From assembly GCA_035285865.1 (NCBI GenBank), contig JAYKHS010000030.1:64001-128000 (forward strand): a stretch of DNA of 64,000 nt, in the 5' to 3' direction. Shown one piece after another: positions 16,827-26,313 of the stretch. This stretch comes from Candidatus Sericytochromatia bacterium (lineage in GTDB: Bacteria; Cyanobacteriota; Sericytochromatia; S15B-MN24; VGJW01). Under the pieces are notes generated by a model, which was not told the DNA's origin, did no database searches, and saw only the letters and a list, made by a program, of their open reading frames with translations. The translations under genes were made by a program, and so were the position numbers. How positions within the stretch are numbered: the first letter of the stretch is position 1; the number at the start of each line of letters is the position of its first letter.

Positions 16827-19213
16827 GGGGCCATCGGCTCCTGGAAGCGGGCGTCCAGTGCCCATGTCCTCCGCGTGGTCCATCGAGCGAGTCCCGCAAG
16901 GCTTCGCGCCACGGGTTGCCTGCCAGCGAGGGCGTCGGCCACGACCTCAACGGGCCGGCCCCCCTTCCCGTAGAGCAGCACGGCCTCCTCGGTTTTCAGG
17001 CCCGTACGCTCGGCCAGCCACGCCCGGGCCTCGTCGAGACCGCCCAGAGCATCGACGAGGCCGAGGTCGCGAGCCTGTCGTCCGGTGTAGACCCGGCCCG
17101 ATGCCAGCTTCTCGACCTCTGCGAAATCCTTTTTGCGAGCCTGGGCCACCAGGTCGAGGAAGCGCCTGTAGGTATGTTGGACCGAATCCTCGAGCAGCCG
17201 ACGTTCATCCGGCGTGAAGGGCCGGGCCGCAGTATCGGCGGCCGCAAGGCGACCTTCCTGCACGCCGTCGGTGCTCACGCCGATGCGGTTCATCAGGCCG
17301 CCGAAGCTGAACTTGCCGGCGAAGACTCCGATGCTGCCCGTGATCGACCCGGGTTCCGCAAGGATGTAGGGAGCGCCACAGGCCACCCAGTAACCTCCGG
17401 AAGCTGCCACGGGACCGATGCTGACGACCACGGGCTTGGCGGCAGCCAGTCGTTCGACGGCCCTGCGGATCTCCTCCGCGGCATCGGCGTCCCCTCCGGG
17501 CGACTCGATCCTGAGGACCACGCCCGAGATGCCATCCTCCTTGCGTGCCTGGTCGATGACATCCACCGCATCCGCAGCCCCGAGCACCTGACCCATCAAC
17601 AGGTCCGATCCCGAGCGGCCGGACGCCATCGTCCCCTGCAGGGTGATGATGGCCATTCGCGGGCGTGACCAGACCGGGTCCGCCGGCACTCGAGCCAGCA
17701 GCGTCTCCGTTTCATGGACGCCTGCAGCCTTGCAGAGCCGCGCTTCGATTTCATCGGGATAGCCGGTGCCGTCGGCCAGATTCCCCGATTGGTCCGCCCG
17801 CAGCAGGCCTTGGTCCATCATGGTTCGCAGGCGCTCTGACGTAAGGCCCCGCGCGGTGGCAAGGCCGTCGAGGATCTGGTTCGCGTGGTCTTTGAGGAGG
17901 GTCGCCATCTGCTCCCGGGCGCCTTCCGACAGGCGATTGCGCAGGTAGGGTTCCACGGCAGACTTGTAGGGACCTGTGGCGACGAAATCGGCATGCACGC
18001 CGATCTGCCGGAACAGGTCCCCGAACAGCAGGATCTCGTCGGCAAATCCGGAGATATCCAGTTGGGCGCCAGGGGCGAGGAACACCTGGTCTGCCGCAGA
18101 CGCGAGGTACAGCTCAGGGAGGCCACCACCCGAGACGTGGGCCACCAGCTTCTTGCCTCGGCCACGGAATCGGGCCAAGGCATCTCGCAGTTCTTGGAGC
18201 TCGCCAAGCGACAGGTCGAGCGGATCGATCCGCAGGAAAAGACCGTGGACCTCGGTATCCCGTCCATTGCGTTCGAGTGCTTCCAGCAGAGTGGCCGTCG
18301 CCGGCCTCGGTGGCTGGGCCTGCAACAGCCCGACAAGGCCGCCCGAGGGCTGCAAGCTGCCTCCAAGACGCGCCGCCAGCACCACCTTGTCCGGCCAGAC
18401 GGCTGAAGGGGCAGGTCTGTCCACGTACCGCCATCCCGCGGCTCCGGTCGTGCCAAGTGCCGCATCCCCGTCGACGACGGCGCTCAGGCGATGGCGCCCA
18501 TGTCCCAGCGTCACGCCCAGACGCAATTCATCGATGGCCGTTGCGGGCAGGGACAGATCCCTCCCCACTTGCGCCAGCAACTCCAGGCCTGGGGCCAGAG
18601 ACCACTGGAGGCTCGCGGAGGTCCGGCCCCGATCCAACTGACCACCCGCCCACGCGTGGTCGGTGCTCAGTGTGAGGCGTTCATCCCACGGGCGCCACGC
18701 CACGCCGAACTGTTCGGTCGAGGGCCCTGCAAGCGTCCCCGTGAGACCGCGATGGGCATAGCCCAGCGACCACGAGGTTCCGGGGCGCCACAGCAGCCCC
18801 AGATCAAGATCCTGCCCTGCCACCCCGGCTTGCCGGCCCAGGCGCCACGTCGCACCCGCCTGCAGGCCCGAGGACAGGGGTACGAGGGTGTGGATGCCGG
18901 CTTCATCCGATTGCCGAACACCATTGCGCTGACGCAGCGACAGACCGAAACCTCCACCGGCGAAGCCTGCGCCAGTTGCGCCTCGGCCGTTGGCGAGGAT
19001 GCCAAACTCGGTCGCACCATCCATGGTCAGGGCGGCCGGATTGAGCCACGCCGCCATCAGTCCGTCCGCGCCGGCAACCGTGCGCGCACCCAGCGTCTCG
19101 GGCAGGTCCTGTACGGCGGCGTTGGCTGGCATGGGCCCGGTAACGACAGTGCCAGCCAGCACCAGGGCGAGCCAGCGTCCGGAGTCAGACAATGAGACGG
19201 CCGGCTTGTGCAT
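16823..19213 (-). CDS. sppA: Signal peptide peptidase SppA (two S49 domains) with an N-terminal beta-rich extension
   Basis: LYLASAADQV, GPYKSAVEPY, LRIESPGG, AASGGYWVA, ITGSIGV and GRVYTGRQA motifs; GAGGAG RBS. Confidence 0.9.
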   Translation of the reverse strand: MHKPAVSLSDSGRWLALVLAGTVVTGPMPANAAVQDLPETLGARTVAGADGLMAAWLNPAALTMDGATEFGILANGRGATGAGFAGGGFGLSLRQRNGVRQSDEAGIHTLVPLSSGLQAGATWRLGRQAGVAGQDLDLGLLWRPGTSWSLGYAHRGLTGTLAGPSTEQFGVAWRPWDERLTLSTDHAWAGGQLDRGRTSASLQWSLAPGLELLAQVGRDLSLPATAIDELRLGVTLGHGRHRLSAVVDGDAALGTTGAAGWRYVDRPAPSAVWPDKVVLAARLGGSLQPSGGLVGLLQAQPPRPATATLLEALERNGRDTEVHGLFLRIDPLDLSLGELQELRDALARFRGRGKKLVAHVSGGGLPELYLASAADQVFLAPGAQLDISGFADEILLFGDLFRQIGVHADFVATGPYKSAVEPYLRNRLSEGAREQMATLLKDHANQILDGLATARGLTSERLRTMMDQGLLRADQSGNLADGTGYPDEIEARLCKAAGVHETETLLARVPADPVWSRPRMAIITLQGTMASGRSGSDLLMGQVLGAADAVDVIDQARKEDGISGVVLRIESPGGDADAAEEIRRAVERLAAAKPVVVSIGPVAASGGYWVACGAPYILAEPGSITGSIGVFAGKFSFGGLMNRIGVSTDGVQEGRLAAADTAARPFTPDERRLLEDSVQHTYRRFLDLVAQARKKDFAEVEKLASGRVYTGRQARDLGLVDALGGLDEARAWLAERTGLKTEEAVLLYGKGGRPVEVVADALAGRQPVARSLAGLARWTTRRTWALDARFQEPMAP

Positions 19214-19544
19214 GCAATTTCTCCTCGGTCGCGGCGTTGGCCGGACAGCCTTCATTGCGACAACGGGTGCAGATGGCCTCGTCCTGCCACGTCTGCGTCG
19301 CCAGCACCAAGGTGACGTGCGTGCGCTCCGAGACCACGGCCGCTCGGGCACGCGCTGCTTCAGGCAGCCCGGTCTTCAGGAACCACACCGGACAGTGCTT
19401 GCCTGCGCGGCCCGCCGCATCCCGAGGCCAAGTCTCGACGGGATACCAACCGGATGCTCCGAAAGGTCCGTCTACCCTGAGGCCATCTCCGCCCGGCGCG
19501 GGCTCGTCCGCAGCCAAGGTGATGCACGCGGTCTCAGGAGTCAT
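19185..19544 (-). CDS. Hypothetical protein with a C-terminal Cys cluster
   Basis: Fills the gap between two same-strand genes and overlaps both; GGAGGG RBS; CTRCRNEGC. Confidence 0.55.
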   Translation of the reverse strand: MTPETACITLAADEPAPGGDGLRVDGPFGASGWYPVETWPRDAAGRAGKHCPVWFLKTGLPEAARARAAVVSERTHVTLVLATQTWQDEAICTRCRNEGCPANAATEEKLHAQAGRLIV

Positions 19545-20727
19545 GTCCACCCTCCACGACGGCCCAGACACACTTCAGGTACCGGGACTCGGGTGATCCG
19601 GGCAGGCTCGGATGGTCGGGGCCGGGGCCCGTGACGTCGACGACCCGAATCCTTCTTCCGGCATCCACGGCAGCGGCAGCCAGCACCTCGAGGAAGGTTT
19701 CCGTGTCCATGTGGTGCGAACACGAGCTCGTGACCAGCAAGCCACCCGGTTGGACCATCGACAGGCCGCGCAGGTTGATCTCCTTGTAGCCTCGGATGGC
19801 ACCCGGGATGGATGCCTTGTTCTTGGTGAATGCGGGCGGATCGAGCACGACGATGTCGAATCGATCCCCACGCTTCTGCATCAGGCGCAGGTGGTCGAAG
19901 GCATTGTCCTCGACCCACTGGCAGACTTCGTCGACCTGGTTCTCCCGGGCGTTGCGACGAGCCAGTTCCACGGCATCGGCTGCGATGTCGATACCGGTGA
20001 CCATGCGGGCCCCGGCCTTGGCCGCCGGCATCGAGAAGCCGCCCGAGTAGCAGAATGCGTTGAGGACCGTGCGACCGGCCGCGAAGGTCGCCAGCCTGGC
20101 CCTGTTGGGGCGCTGATCCAGGAAGAATCCGGTTTTTTGGCCGCCCAGCAAATCCACGTGATAAGCTACCCCGTTCTCCGTGATGCGGACCGTGCCCTCC
20201 GGCGCCACGCCAGCGAGGAGGCCATTGCGGGGCTCGAGTCCCTCGAGCTTGCGGGCGAATCCTTCGCTGCGCTCGATGATGCCCCGGGGCTGGAGCAGGT
20301 CCTGAAGGGCAGCCACAATTCCCGGCAGCAACTGGTCGCTACCCCACGACATCGACTGGACGACCAGCCAGTCGCCATAGCGGTCCACCACGAGGGCCGG
20401 CAGGCCGTCCGCTTCACCGTGCACGAGGCGCCACGCCTCGGCATCGGGAAGCCACGACTTGCGCAAGGCCAGAGCCTCGTCGAGCCGACGCCTGATCCAC
20501 CCGGGCTCCGTCGTGTCCCGGCTGCCGCCATGCATCCGCAGACACAGGCCGGTTGCAGGATTGTAGCTGGCCACACCGAGCGGCCGCCCCTTGCGATCCA
20601 GCACGTCGACCCATCCCGCGATATCGATGTCGGCGTGCGCCACGTCCGCCCCAAATACCCAAGGGTGCCCCTGCCGAAGGCGATCTTCGCCCTTCCGCGT
20701 CAGGACGACGGTGGGGCGGCCCGTCAT
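19534..20727 (-). CDS. rlmI: SAM-dependent rRNA methyltransferase, RlmI family
   Basis: GHPWVF PUA domain, HGEADGLPALVVDRY, GQKTGFFLDQR and DPPAF motifs. Confidence 0.92.
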   Translation of the reverse strand: MTGRPTVVLTRKGEDRLRQGHPWVFGADVAHADIDIAGWVDVLDRKGRPLGVASYNPATGLCLRMHGGSRDTTEPGWIRRRLDEALALRKSWLPDAEAWRLVHGEADGLPALVVDRYGDWLVVQSMSWGSDQLLPGIVAALQDLLQPRGIIERSEGFARKLEGLEPRNGLLAGVAPEGTVRITENGVAYHVDLLGGQKTGFFLDQRPNRARLATFAAGRTVLNAFCYSGGFSMPAAKAGARMVTGIDIAADAVELARRNARENQVDEVCQWVEDNAFDHLRLMQKRGDRFDIVVLDPPAFTKNKASIPGAIRGYKEINLRGLSMVQPGGLLVTSSCSHHMDTETFLEVLAAAAVDAGRRIRVVDVTGPGPDHPSLPGSPESRYLKCVWAVVEGGHDS

Positions 20728-22052
20728 CGGGTGGACTCCGCAGGGATCGGTCCACCCAGGTCCATGAACAGAAGTCCCGTAGGGACCTTCGGGTCGAAGA
20801 ACGTCGATTTCTGGGGCATCACGGCCCCTTCTGCCGCGACGTCGGCGACTTCGGAGGCTGTCGGACGGGGCAGCAGGAAGCCGGCCCCAAAGGAACCTGA
20901 CTCCAGGCCGATGAGGACTTCGTGCGCTTCGCGGGTGTAGGTCAGATCGCCGCCTTTTGCCCACTGGGCCTCGGTCATGCCGAGGACAGGGGCCAGCAGT
21001 CCGTGGTGCAGTTGCACCACGGCCAGACGCGCGAGGGATGCCTTGCCTGTCCTGGCTGCCAGGTCGTCGCGCAGGGCGGCGCGGGGCACCAGCGTCCAGC
21101 GGCGCTTCTCGCCCGGTAGGAGCAGGCCGATGGCCCCACGGTCCGTCAGTTCGTCGACCCACGCTTCGAGGGAAGCTTCCACGGCCTTGTCCGAGGTGTC
21201 CCACGCTTCCTCCGTGACGGAGAACCCGGATTCCAGTTCAGGCAACCATTCGGCCGCCGCGGGCAAGGTTCCCTTGAGCAGGCGATGCGTCGGCAGGACC
21301 GCCAAGGCCGGGTCTTCCATCCGCAGGACGCACACGAAGGCGCTGGCCCAAGGGGCTTCGGAACTCCCATCGGCCAGACGATCGCGTTCGGCTCCGTAGG
21401 CGAGGGCGGTTTCATAGCGGTGATGCCCGTCGGCAACCGTCAGGGGGCGGTCTCCCAGCAGGCGGAGGATGCGGTCCTGCAGCGCTCCCGGGGTAATGGT
21501 CCACAGCTCATGCCGATCGTCTCCGTCGCTGCACGCCAAGGCCGGCGGGCTGTCCGTCATGACCTGTTTCCACAGGTTCAGCACGGATTGATCCTCATCC
21601 CGGAAGAGCAGCATGACCGGGCTCGTCGAGATGCCAACATGGCGGAAGAGCAACAGACGGTCTGCCTTGGGGCCATTGAGCGTACGCTCATGCGGACGGA
21701 CGGACTCGCCCCAGGGTTCCAGGCCGAGCCCTGCGAACAAGCCGAGGCGCGCTCCCCGTGGCGTCGTGTGCCGATGCAGGTACAGGCATGCCTGCTCTTC
21801 CTGCGCGACGATTCCGGCTTCCCGCCATTCGGCCAGCGTCCTCGCGGCTCTGTGGTAGCGGTTCACACGGGCGTCGTCCCCTTCCATGTCCCGGCCAAGT
21901 TCCAGGCGGATCGCGTTCTGCGGATGGCGCAGGTGAAGCCGGACTTGCTCCTGCTGTGCGATCACGTCGTACGGGGGGCACAGGACCGCGGCGAGATCCC
22001 CGACAAGGGGTTCCGCGTATCGCAACGCCCGGAAGGGGCGGATGTCCGGCAT
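20724..22052 (-). CDS. DUF1015 family protein
   Basis: IRPFRALRY, PPYDVI, PHERT, ADGHHRYETA and MPQKSTFFDPK motifs. Confidence 0.92.
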   Translation of the reverse strand: MPDIRPFRALRYAEPLVGDLAAVLCPPYDVIAQQEQVRLHLRHPQNAIRLELGRDMEGDDARVNRYHRAARTLAEWREAGIVAQEEQACLYLHRHTTPRGARLGLFAGLGLEPWGESVRPHERTLNGPKADRLLLFRHVGISTSPVMLLFRDEDQSVLNLWKQVMTDSPPALACSDGDDRHELWTITPGALQDRILRLLGDRPLTVADGHHRYETALAYGAERDRLADGSSEAPWASAFVCVLRMEDPALAVLPTHRLLKGTLPAAAEWLPELESGFSVTEEAWDTSDKAVEASLEAWVDELTDRGAIGLLLPGEKRRWTLVPRAALRDDLAARTGKASLARLAVVQLHHGLLAPVLGMTEAQWAKGGDLTYTREAHEVLIGLESGSFGAGFLLPRPTASEVADVAAEGAVMPQKSTFFDPKVPTGLLFMDLGGPIPAESTR

Positions 22053-22156
22053 AGAGGAAGCCTCCGAAGCCAACATCCTAGCACCTGTCGCATGAGCCGG
22101 TTCATGTGATCCATGTCGCACATGATTTCATGTCCATATGTCACGATGTTGCTGAA

Positions 22157-22519
22157 ATGGGTCAGATTCTGCACGGCAGCTTCCGCTTTCCGCCCTATGT
22201 CGCTCGGGTGTTCGTGGTCGCCGCTTTCGCCCTGTTCCTGTATCAGATCCTGATGGCGGCGAGACAGTTCGTGGATCTGCTGCAGGTTTCCCACCGCTAC
22301 GCGCGCGAGGAGCAGCAGCTGGAAGAGCGCTGGCAGACGGTTCGACGGGACCTGGAGCGTGCCCGGGATGCGCGTGGGGTTTTGCGCGTTGCGCGCAGGG
22401 ATCTCGTCATGGTACGCCCGGGCGAGGTGCCGGTGGTGTTCCAGGAGGGAGTCCGGGGCCACGTCATGGACGTGCCTTCCGCGGCGGCCACGCCCCGGGC
22501 AAACGCCGGCAAGGACTAG
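22157..22519 (+). CDS. Septum formation initiator family protein (FtsB/DivIC-like)
   Basis: One TM, coiled coil, ARRDLVMVRPGE motif. Confidence 0.75.
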   Translation: MGQILHGSFRFPPYVARVFVVAAFALFLYQILMAARQFVDLLQVSHRYAREEQQLEERWQTVRRDLERARDARGVLRVARRDLVMVRPGEVPVVFQEGVRGHVMDVPSAAATPRANAGKD

Positions 22520-22561
22520 CGGATCGGGGAGGTATCATGGGGACCTGAAGGGAGGTCCTCG

Positions 22562-23956
22562 ATGCCGACGACCACCGCGTGGCAGCCTGCGCTGGACCGG
22601 AACACGGTTCGCGATGTCCTCGCCGAGGCCGTGTCCTGTGGGGCCGGCTTCGCGGAGCTTTTTCTCGAGGACACGCGTTCGCGCCGCATCGCACTCATCG
22701 ATCAACGCATCAAGGACGTCTCCTCGGCCCACGCCTTCGGGGTCGGCCTGCGGATCGTCCGTGGCCATCGCGCGACCTACGGTTTCACGAGCGACACCTC
22801 CCGGCCGTCCCTGATGGCCTTGGCTCGTGCTCTCGCGACGTCGGATCCCGGAGCTGGGCAGGTGGTGCCCGCGCCATTCACGGTGCCCGCGATCGACCTC
22901 GGGGGAGACGCGGACTGGGATGCCGCTGCACGGGTGGACCTGCTCCGGCGTGCGGACCGCGCGGCCCGCGCCCGCGACGCCCGCATCGCCCAGGTCGAGG
23001 CTTCCATCGAAGAGAACACGCAACGGGTGCTTGTGGCCAATACCGAGGGTGTCTGGGTCACTGAGGCACGGCCATATGCCCGCATGTTCATCCAGGCCAT
23101 CGCGGCCGAGGGGGGCAGCCAGCAGGTGGCGTCCCGCTCTCCCGGCCGCGCCGAGGGAGCCACCTTCCTGTTGGGCCTCGATGTCGAGGCCTTGGCGGAG
23201 GATGCAGCCGAGGCTGCCGCGGTCATGCTGGCGGCTGACCACTGCCCCGCCGGGCGGATGCCGGTCATCATCGACAAGGGTTTCGGCGGGGTCATCTTCC
23301 ACGAGGCCTGCGGCCACTTGCTCGAGACTACATCGGTGGCGCCGGGTGCCTCGATCTTCGCAGGTCGTCTCGGCGAGGAAATTGCCCATCCCGCCGTGAC
23401 GGCCATCGATGACGGCACGCTTGTCGGCGAGTGGGGTTCCATCGGCCACGACGACGAGGGCATGCCGACACAGCGGACGGTCCTGATTCGCGAGGGCCGC
23501 CTCGAGGCCTATCTCGCTGATCGCATCGGCTCCGAACGTGTCGGGGTACCTCGGTCCGGCTCAGGTCGCCGACAGAGCTACCGATTTGCCCCGGCGTCAC
23601 GCATGCGCAACACGTTCATTGCCCCCGGGGACGCTTCCCTCGAGGAGCTCATCGCCGACGTTCCCTATGGCCTCTATGCGCGGCGGATGGGCGGTGGCTC
23701 GGTGGTGCCGGGGACGGGCGACTTCAACTTCTCGGTTCGCGAGGCTTTCATCATTCGCGACGGACGCCTTGCCGAGCCCGTGCGCGGGGCGACGTTGCTG
23801 GGCAATGGTGCGGATATCCTGAAGCGAATCAGCAGGGTCGGCAAGGACCTTGAACTGGCAGCCGGGATGTGCGGCTCCATCAGTGGCAGCATTCCGGTCA
23901 ACGTGGGACAACCCCCGCTGCGCGTCGACGAGATCACGGTCGGAGGTCGGTCATGA
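22562..23956 (+). CDS. tldD: TldD metalloprotease
   Basis: FHEACGH, DDEG, GSGRRQSY and SRMRNT motifs. Confidence 0.94.
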   Translation: MPTTTAWQPALDRNTVRDVLAEAVSCGAGFAELFLEDTRSRRIALIDQRIKDVSSAHAFGVGLRIVRGHRATYGFTSDTSRPSLMALARALATSDPGAGQVVPAPFTVPAIDLGGDADWDAAARVDLLRRADRAARARDARIAQVEASIEENTQRVLVANTEGVWVTEARPYARMFIQAIAAEGGSQQVASRSPGRAEGATFLLGLDVEALAEDAAEAAAVMLAADHCPAGRMPVIIDKGFGGVIFHEACGHLLETTSVAPGASIFAGRLGEEIAHPAVTAIDDGTLVGEWGSIGHDDEGMPTQRTVLIREGRLEAYLADRIGSERVGVPRSGSGRRQSYRFAPASRMRNTFIAPGDASLEELIADVPYGLYARRMGGGSVVPGTGDFNFSVREAFIIRDGRLAEPVRGATLLGNGADILKRISRVGKDLELAAGMCGSISGSIPVNVGQPPLRVDEITVGGRS

Positions 23957-25332
23957 GCATGTCCCCGGTTGCGGCGGAGCATCCGTGGCTCGGGGCCTCG
24001 GGCGATGCCCTCGTCGAGGCCGGTCTCGCCGAAGCGCGTCGGCTCGGTGTGGGTGTCGAGATCTATCTGGCGGCATCACGATCGACCCAGGTCCGGGTGC
24101 AGGAAGGCAAGGTGGAAAGCTTCACCGTTGCCGACTCTCGAGGAGCGGGCGTGCGTGTCTTCCGCGACGGGCGCATCGGCGTGGCCTCAACCGAGGTCAC
24201 GGAGCCCGGGGCGTTGCGCGAGGCCGTGGCCGAGGCTGCGGCCATCACGGAGTGGCTCGAGCCCATGGCCGGTCAGGATCTGCCCGACATCACGGGAGAG
24301 TTGCCCCAACTCGATCTCTCCTCGGCGTCGCTGCGCCGCGTCTCGGTCGAAGACCGCATCGCGCGCGTGCTCGAACTCGACGCACTTGCCCGTGAGGCCG
24401 ACCCGCGGGTCAAGACCGTGGTGGGCGCCTCCTGGGGCGACGTGGCCGCGCACATGCGCATCGTCTCTTCCTCGGGACTCTCCCGTGCATGGTCCTTGGA
24501 TACCGCATGGGCGGCCGTAAGTCCGCTGGTCGCCGATGGCAACCAGACCAAGAACGGCCGCAAGGTCGTCGCAGCCCGTGACTTCGCGGCATTCGTGCCG
24601 GCACGCATGGCCCGGGAGGCCGTGGATGACGGGCTTGCCCAACTCGGAGCCACGGAGATTCCCTCCGGGCGTTATCCCGTCGTCTTCGCGGCCGAGGCGT
24701 GGGCAGACATGCTTGGCGTCTTCGCCGGCCTCTTTTCGGGGAAGGCGGCCGAGGAGGGCAAGTCACTCCTGCGGGGGCGCGAAGGGGAACTGCTTGCGGC
24801 CCCTTGCCTGACCATCGTCGACGACCCGCTGATTCCTGAGGCCATGGCCTCGCGCCCGTGCGATGACGAAGGCTTGCCGTCCCGGGCGCATGACCTGATC
24901 CGCGAGGGGCGACTCGGCGGTCTGCTCCACAATGTCGCGACGGCAGCACGGGCGGGCGTTCGGCCTACGGGTCATGCCGCACGGGCGTCCTACAAGGGTG
25001 GACTCGGTGTCGGGACCAGCAATCTCGTCGTGGCTCCGGGGTCGGAGACGTCGGCAGGATTGCGGGCCGGGGCGTCCGTCATCGAGGTGCGCGACGTGAC
25101 CGGTTTGCATGCCGGTGCCAATGCCATCAGCGGGGACTTCTCCCTGCAGGCCCATGGCCTGTGGCATCGCGAAGGTCACGCGCCAGTTCCCATCCACCTC
25201 TTCACCGTGTCCGGGAACTTCGTCGACATGCTGGCGCAGGTGGAAGCCCTTGGTGCTTCGACCGAGGTCCTGCCGTCCGGAATCATCACGCCCGAGGTCC
25301 GGATCGCCACGCTTTCCGTGGCTGGTACCTGA
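23953..25332 (+). CDS. pmbA: TldE/PmbA protein
   Basis: TldD/PmbA fold without HExxH; DDEG, TGHAAR and SGDFSL motifs; ATGA overlap with tldD. Confidence 0.9.
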   Translation: MSMSPVAAEHPWLGASGDALVEAGLAEARRLGVGVEIYLAASRSTQVRVQEGKVESFTVADSRGAGVRVFRDGRIGVASTEVTEPGALREAVAEAAAITEWLEPMAGQDLPDITGELPQLDLSSASLRRVSVEDRIARVLELDALAREADPRVKTVVGASWGDVAAHMRIVSSSGLSRAWSLDTAWAAVSPLVADGNQTKNGRKVVAARDFAAFVPARMAREAVDDGLAQLGATEIPSGRYPVVFAAEAWADMLGVFAGLFSGKAAEEGKSLLRGREGELLAAPCLTIVDDPLIPEAMASRPCDDEGLPSRAHDLIREGRLGGLLHNVATAARAGVRPTGHAARASYKGGLGVGTSNLVVAPGSETSAGLRAGASVIEVRDVTGLHAGANAISGDFSLQAHGLWHREGHAPVPIHLFTVSGNFVDMLAQVEALGASTEVLPSGIITPEVRIATLSVAGT

Positions 25333-25341
25333 CCCCGATAG

Positions 25342-26313
25342 TTACCAGGGATCGACGAGGTTGGGGTCCGGAGTACCTGAGGGTGCCTCGCGCGCGATTT
25401 CCGACAGGCCGAGGTACCAGAGGATACGCTTGCGGCTGCTGCCCGGACCTCCTGGCAGCAGTCCGAGCACCGGATCGCCCTCCCGCAGGTTGATGGCCAT
25501 CTGCTGGAGGCCCCAGCGACGGAGCTCTCCGGCCAACCCGCTCAGGAGCAAGGCGATGGCGTCCCATTGATCCGGCTTGTATGCCAGCACCCGGACGTGG
25601 CCTGTATTTCCTCGTGCTCCGGGTCGCCCGGCCGGCCAAGGTGCGTGACGGCCCAGCAGGCTCGAAGCGCTCAGCGCGGCTCGGGTCAGCGGACCCGGCC
25701 CCGGAGCCGCTGACCGATGGAAGGCCCCCGGGGCCCACAAGCCTGCAAGGGCGACCAGCGCGCCGTCACGGCGGACAATGCGAAAGGTGTCCAGATCGAG
25801 GCCCGGACAGAGGGCGAGCCCCTGCTGGAACTGGGCGGCATCGGCCGTGGGCGCGAGCGCCAGGCCCGTGCGGTGGCGTTCGAGATGCATGGCAAGTGCC
25901 TGCACGTCGGTCTCGCTGACGCGATGGATCTTGTGGCCCGGGACGTGCAGCGTGCGCCAGAGCGGCACGCGCCGTACCTGGACGACATGACCCAGCGCCT
26001 GCCACGAATGCGCGCCCGCTGAAGCCGGAGCAGGAGTACCGGCCGCAGCCTCGTGAACGAGTGCATCAAGGCCGAGCTCCGCGGCCTTGGTCATGACGGT
26101 CTCGACGGGAAGGCGACCGGTCAGGTCCCGGATGATGCCGATGCGAATCAGGCGATCCTCATCGTGGCGTGCCTGACGAACGGCAAGGCCCAACGACGCG
26201 TCGCCGTCGGACCAGATCCAGCCGGATCCGGCCAAGCGGTAGGGAAAGCCCGGATCCTGCCAAGGGCTGGCCAGCGCCCCCGCCCCCAGAGGAGCCTCCT
26301 GCCAGGTGCTCAC
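25342..26313 (-). CDS. Hypothetical protein (possibly GNAT-like)
   Basis: GTGA overlap with the pepA stop; fills the gap; FRIVRRDGALVALAGLW only weakly suggests a GNAT fold. Confidence 0.55.
   Translation of the reverse strand: MSTWQEAPLGAGALASPWQDPGFPYRLAGSGWIWSDGDASLGLAVRQARHDEDRLIRIGIIRDLTGRLPVETVMTKAAELGLDALVHEAAAGTPAPASAGAHSWQALGHVVQVRRVPLWRTLHVPGHKIHRVSETDVQALAMHLERHRTGLALAPTADAAQFQQGLALCPGLDLDTFRIVRRDGALVALAGLWAPGAFHRSAAPGPGPLTRAALSASSLLGRHAPWPAGRPGARGNTGHVRVLAYKPDQWDAIALLLSGLAGELRRWGLQQMAINLREGDPVLGLLPGGPGSSRKRILWYLGLSEIAREAPSGTPDPNLVDPW

Noticed and set aside
22562..25332. tldD/tldE, with the C39-like and S9 peptidases, as a possible RiPP pathway
   Set aside because: No precursor peptide, YcaO, radical SAM or lanthipeptide enzyme is present, and the genes are about 29 kb apart.
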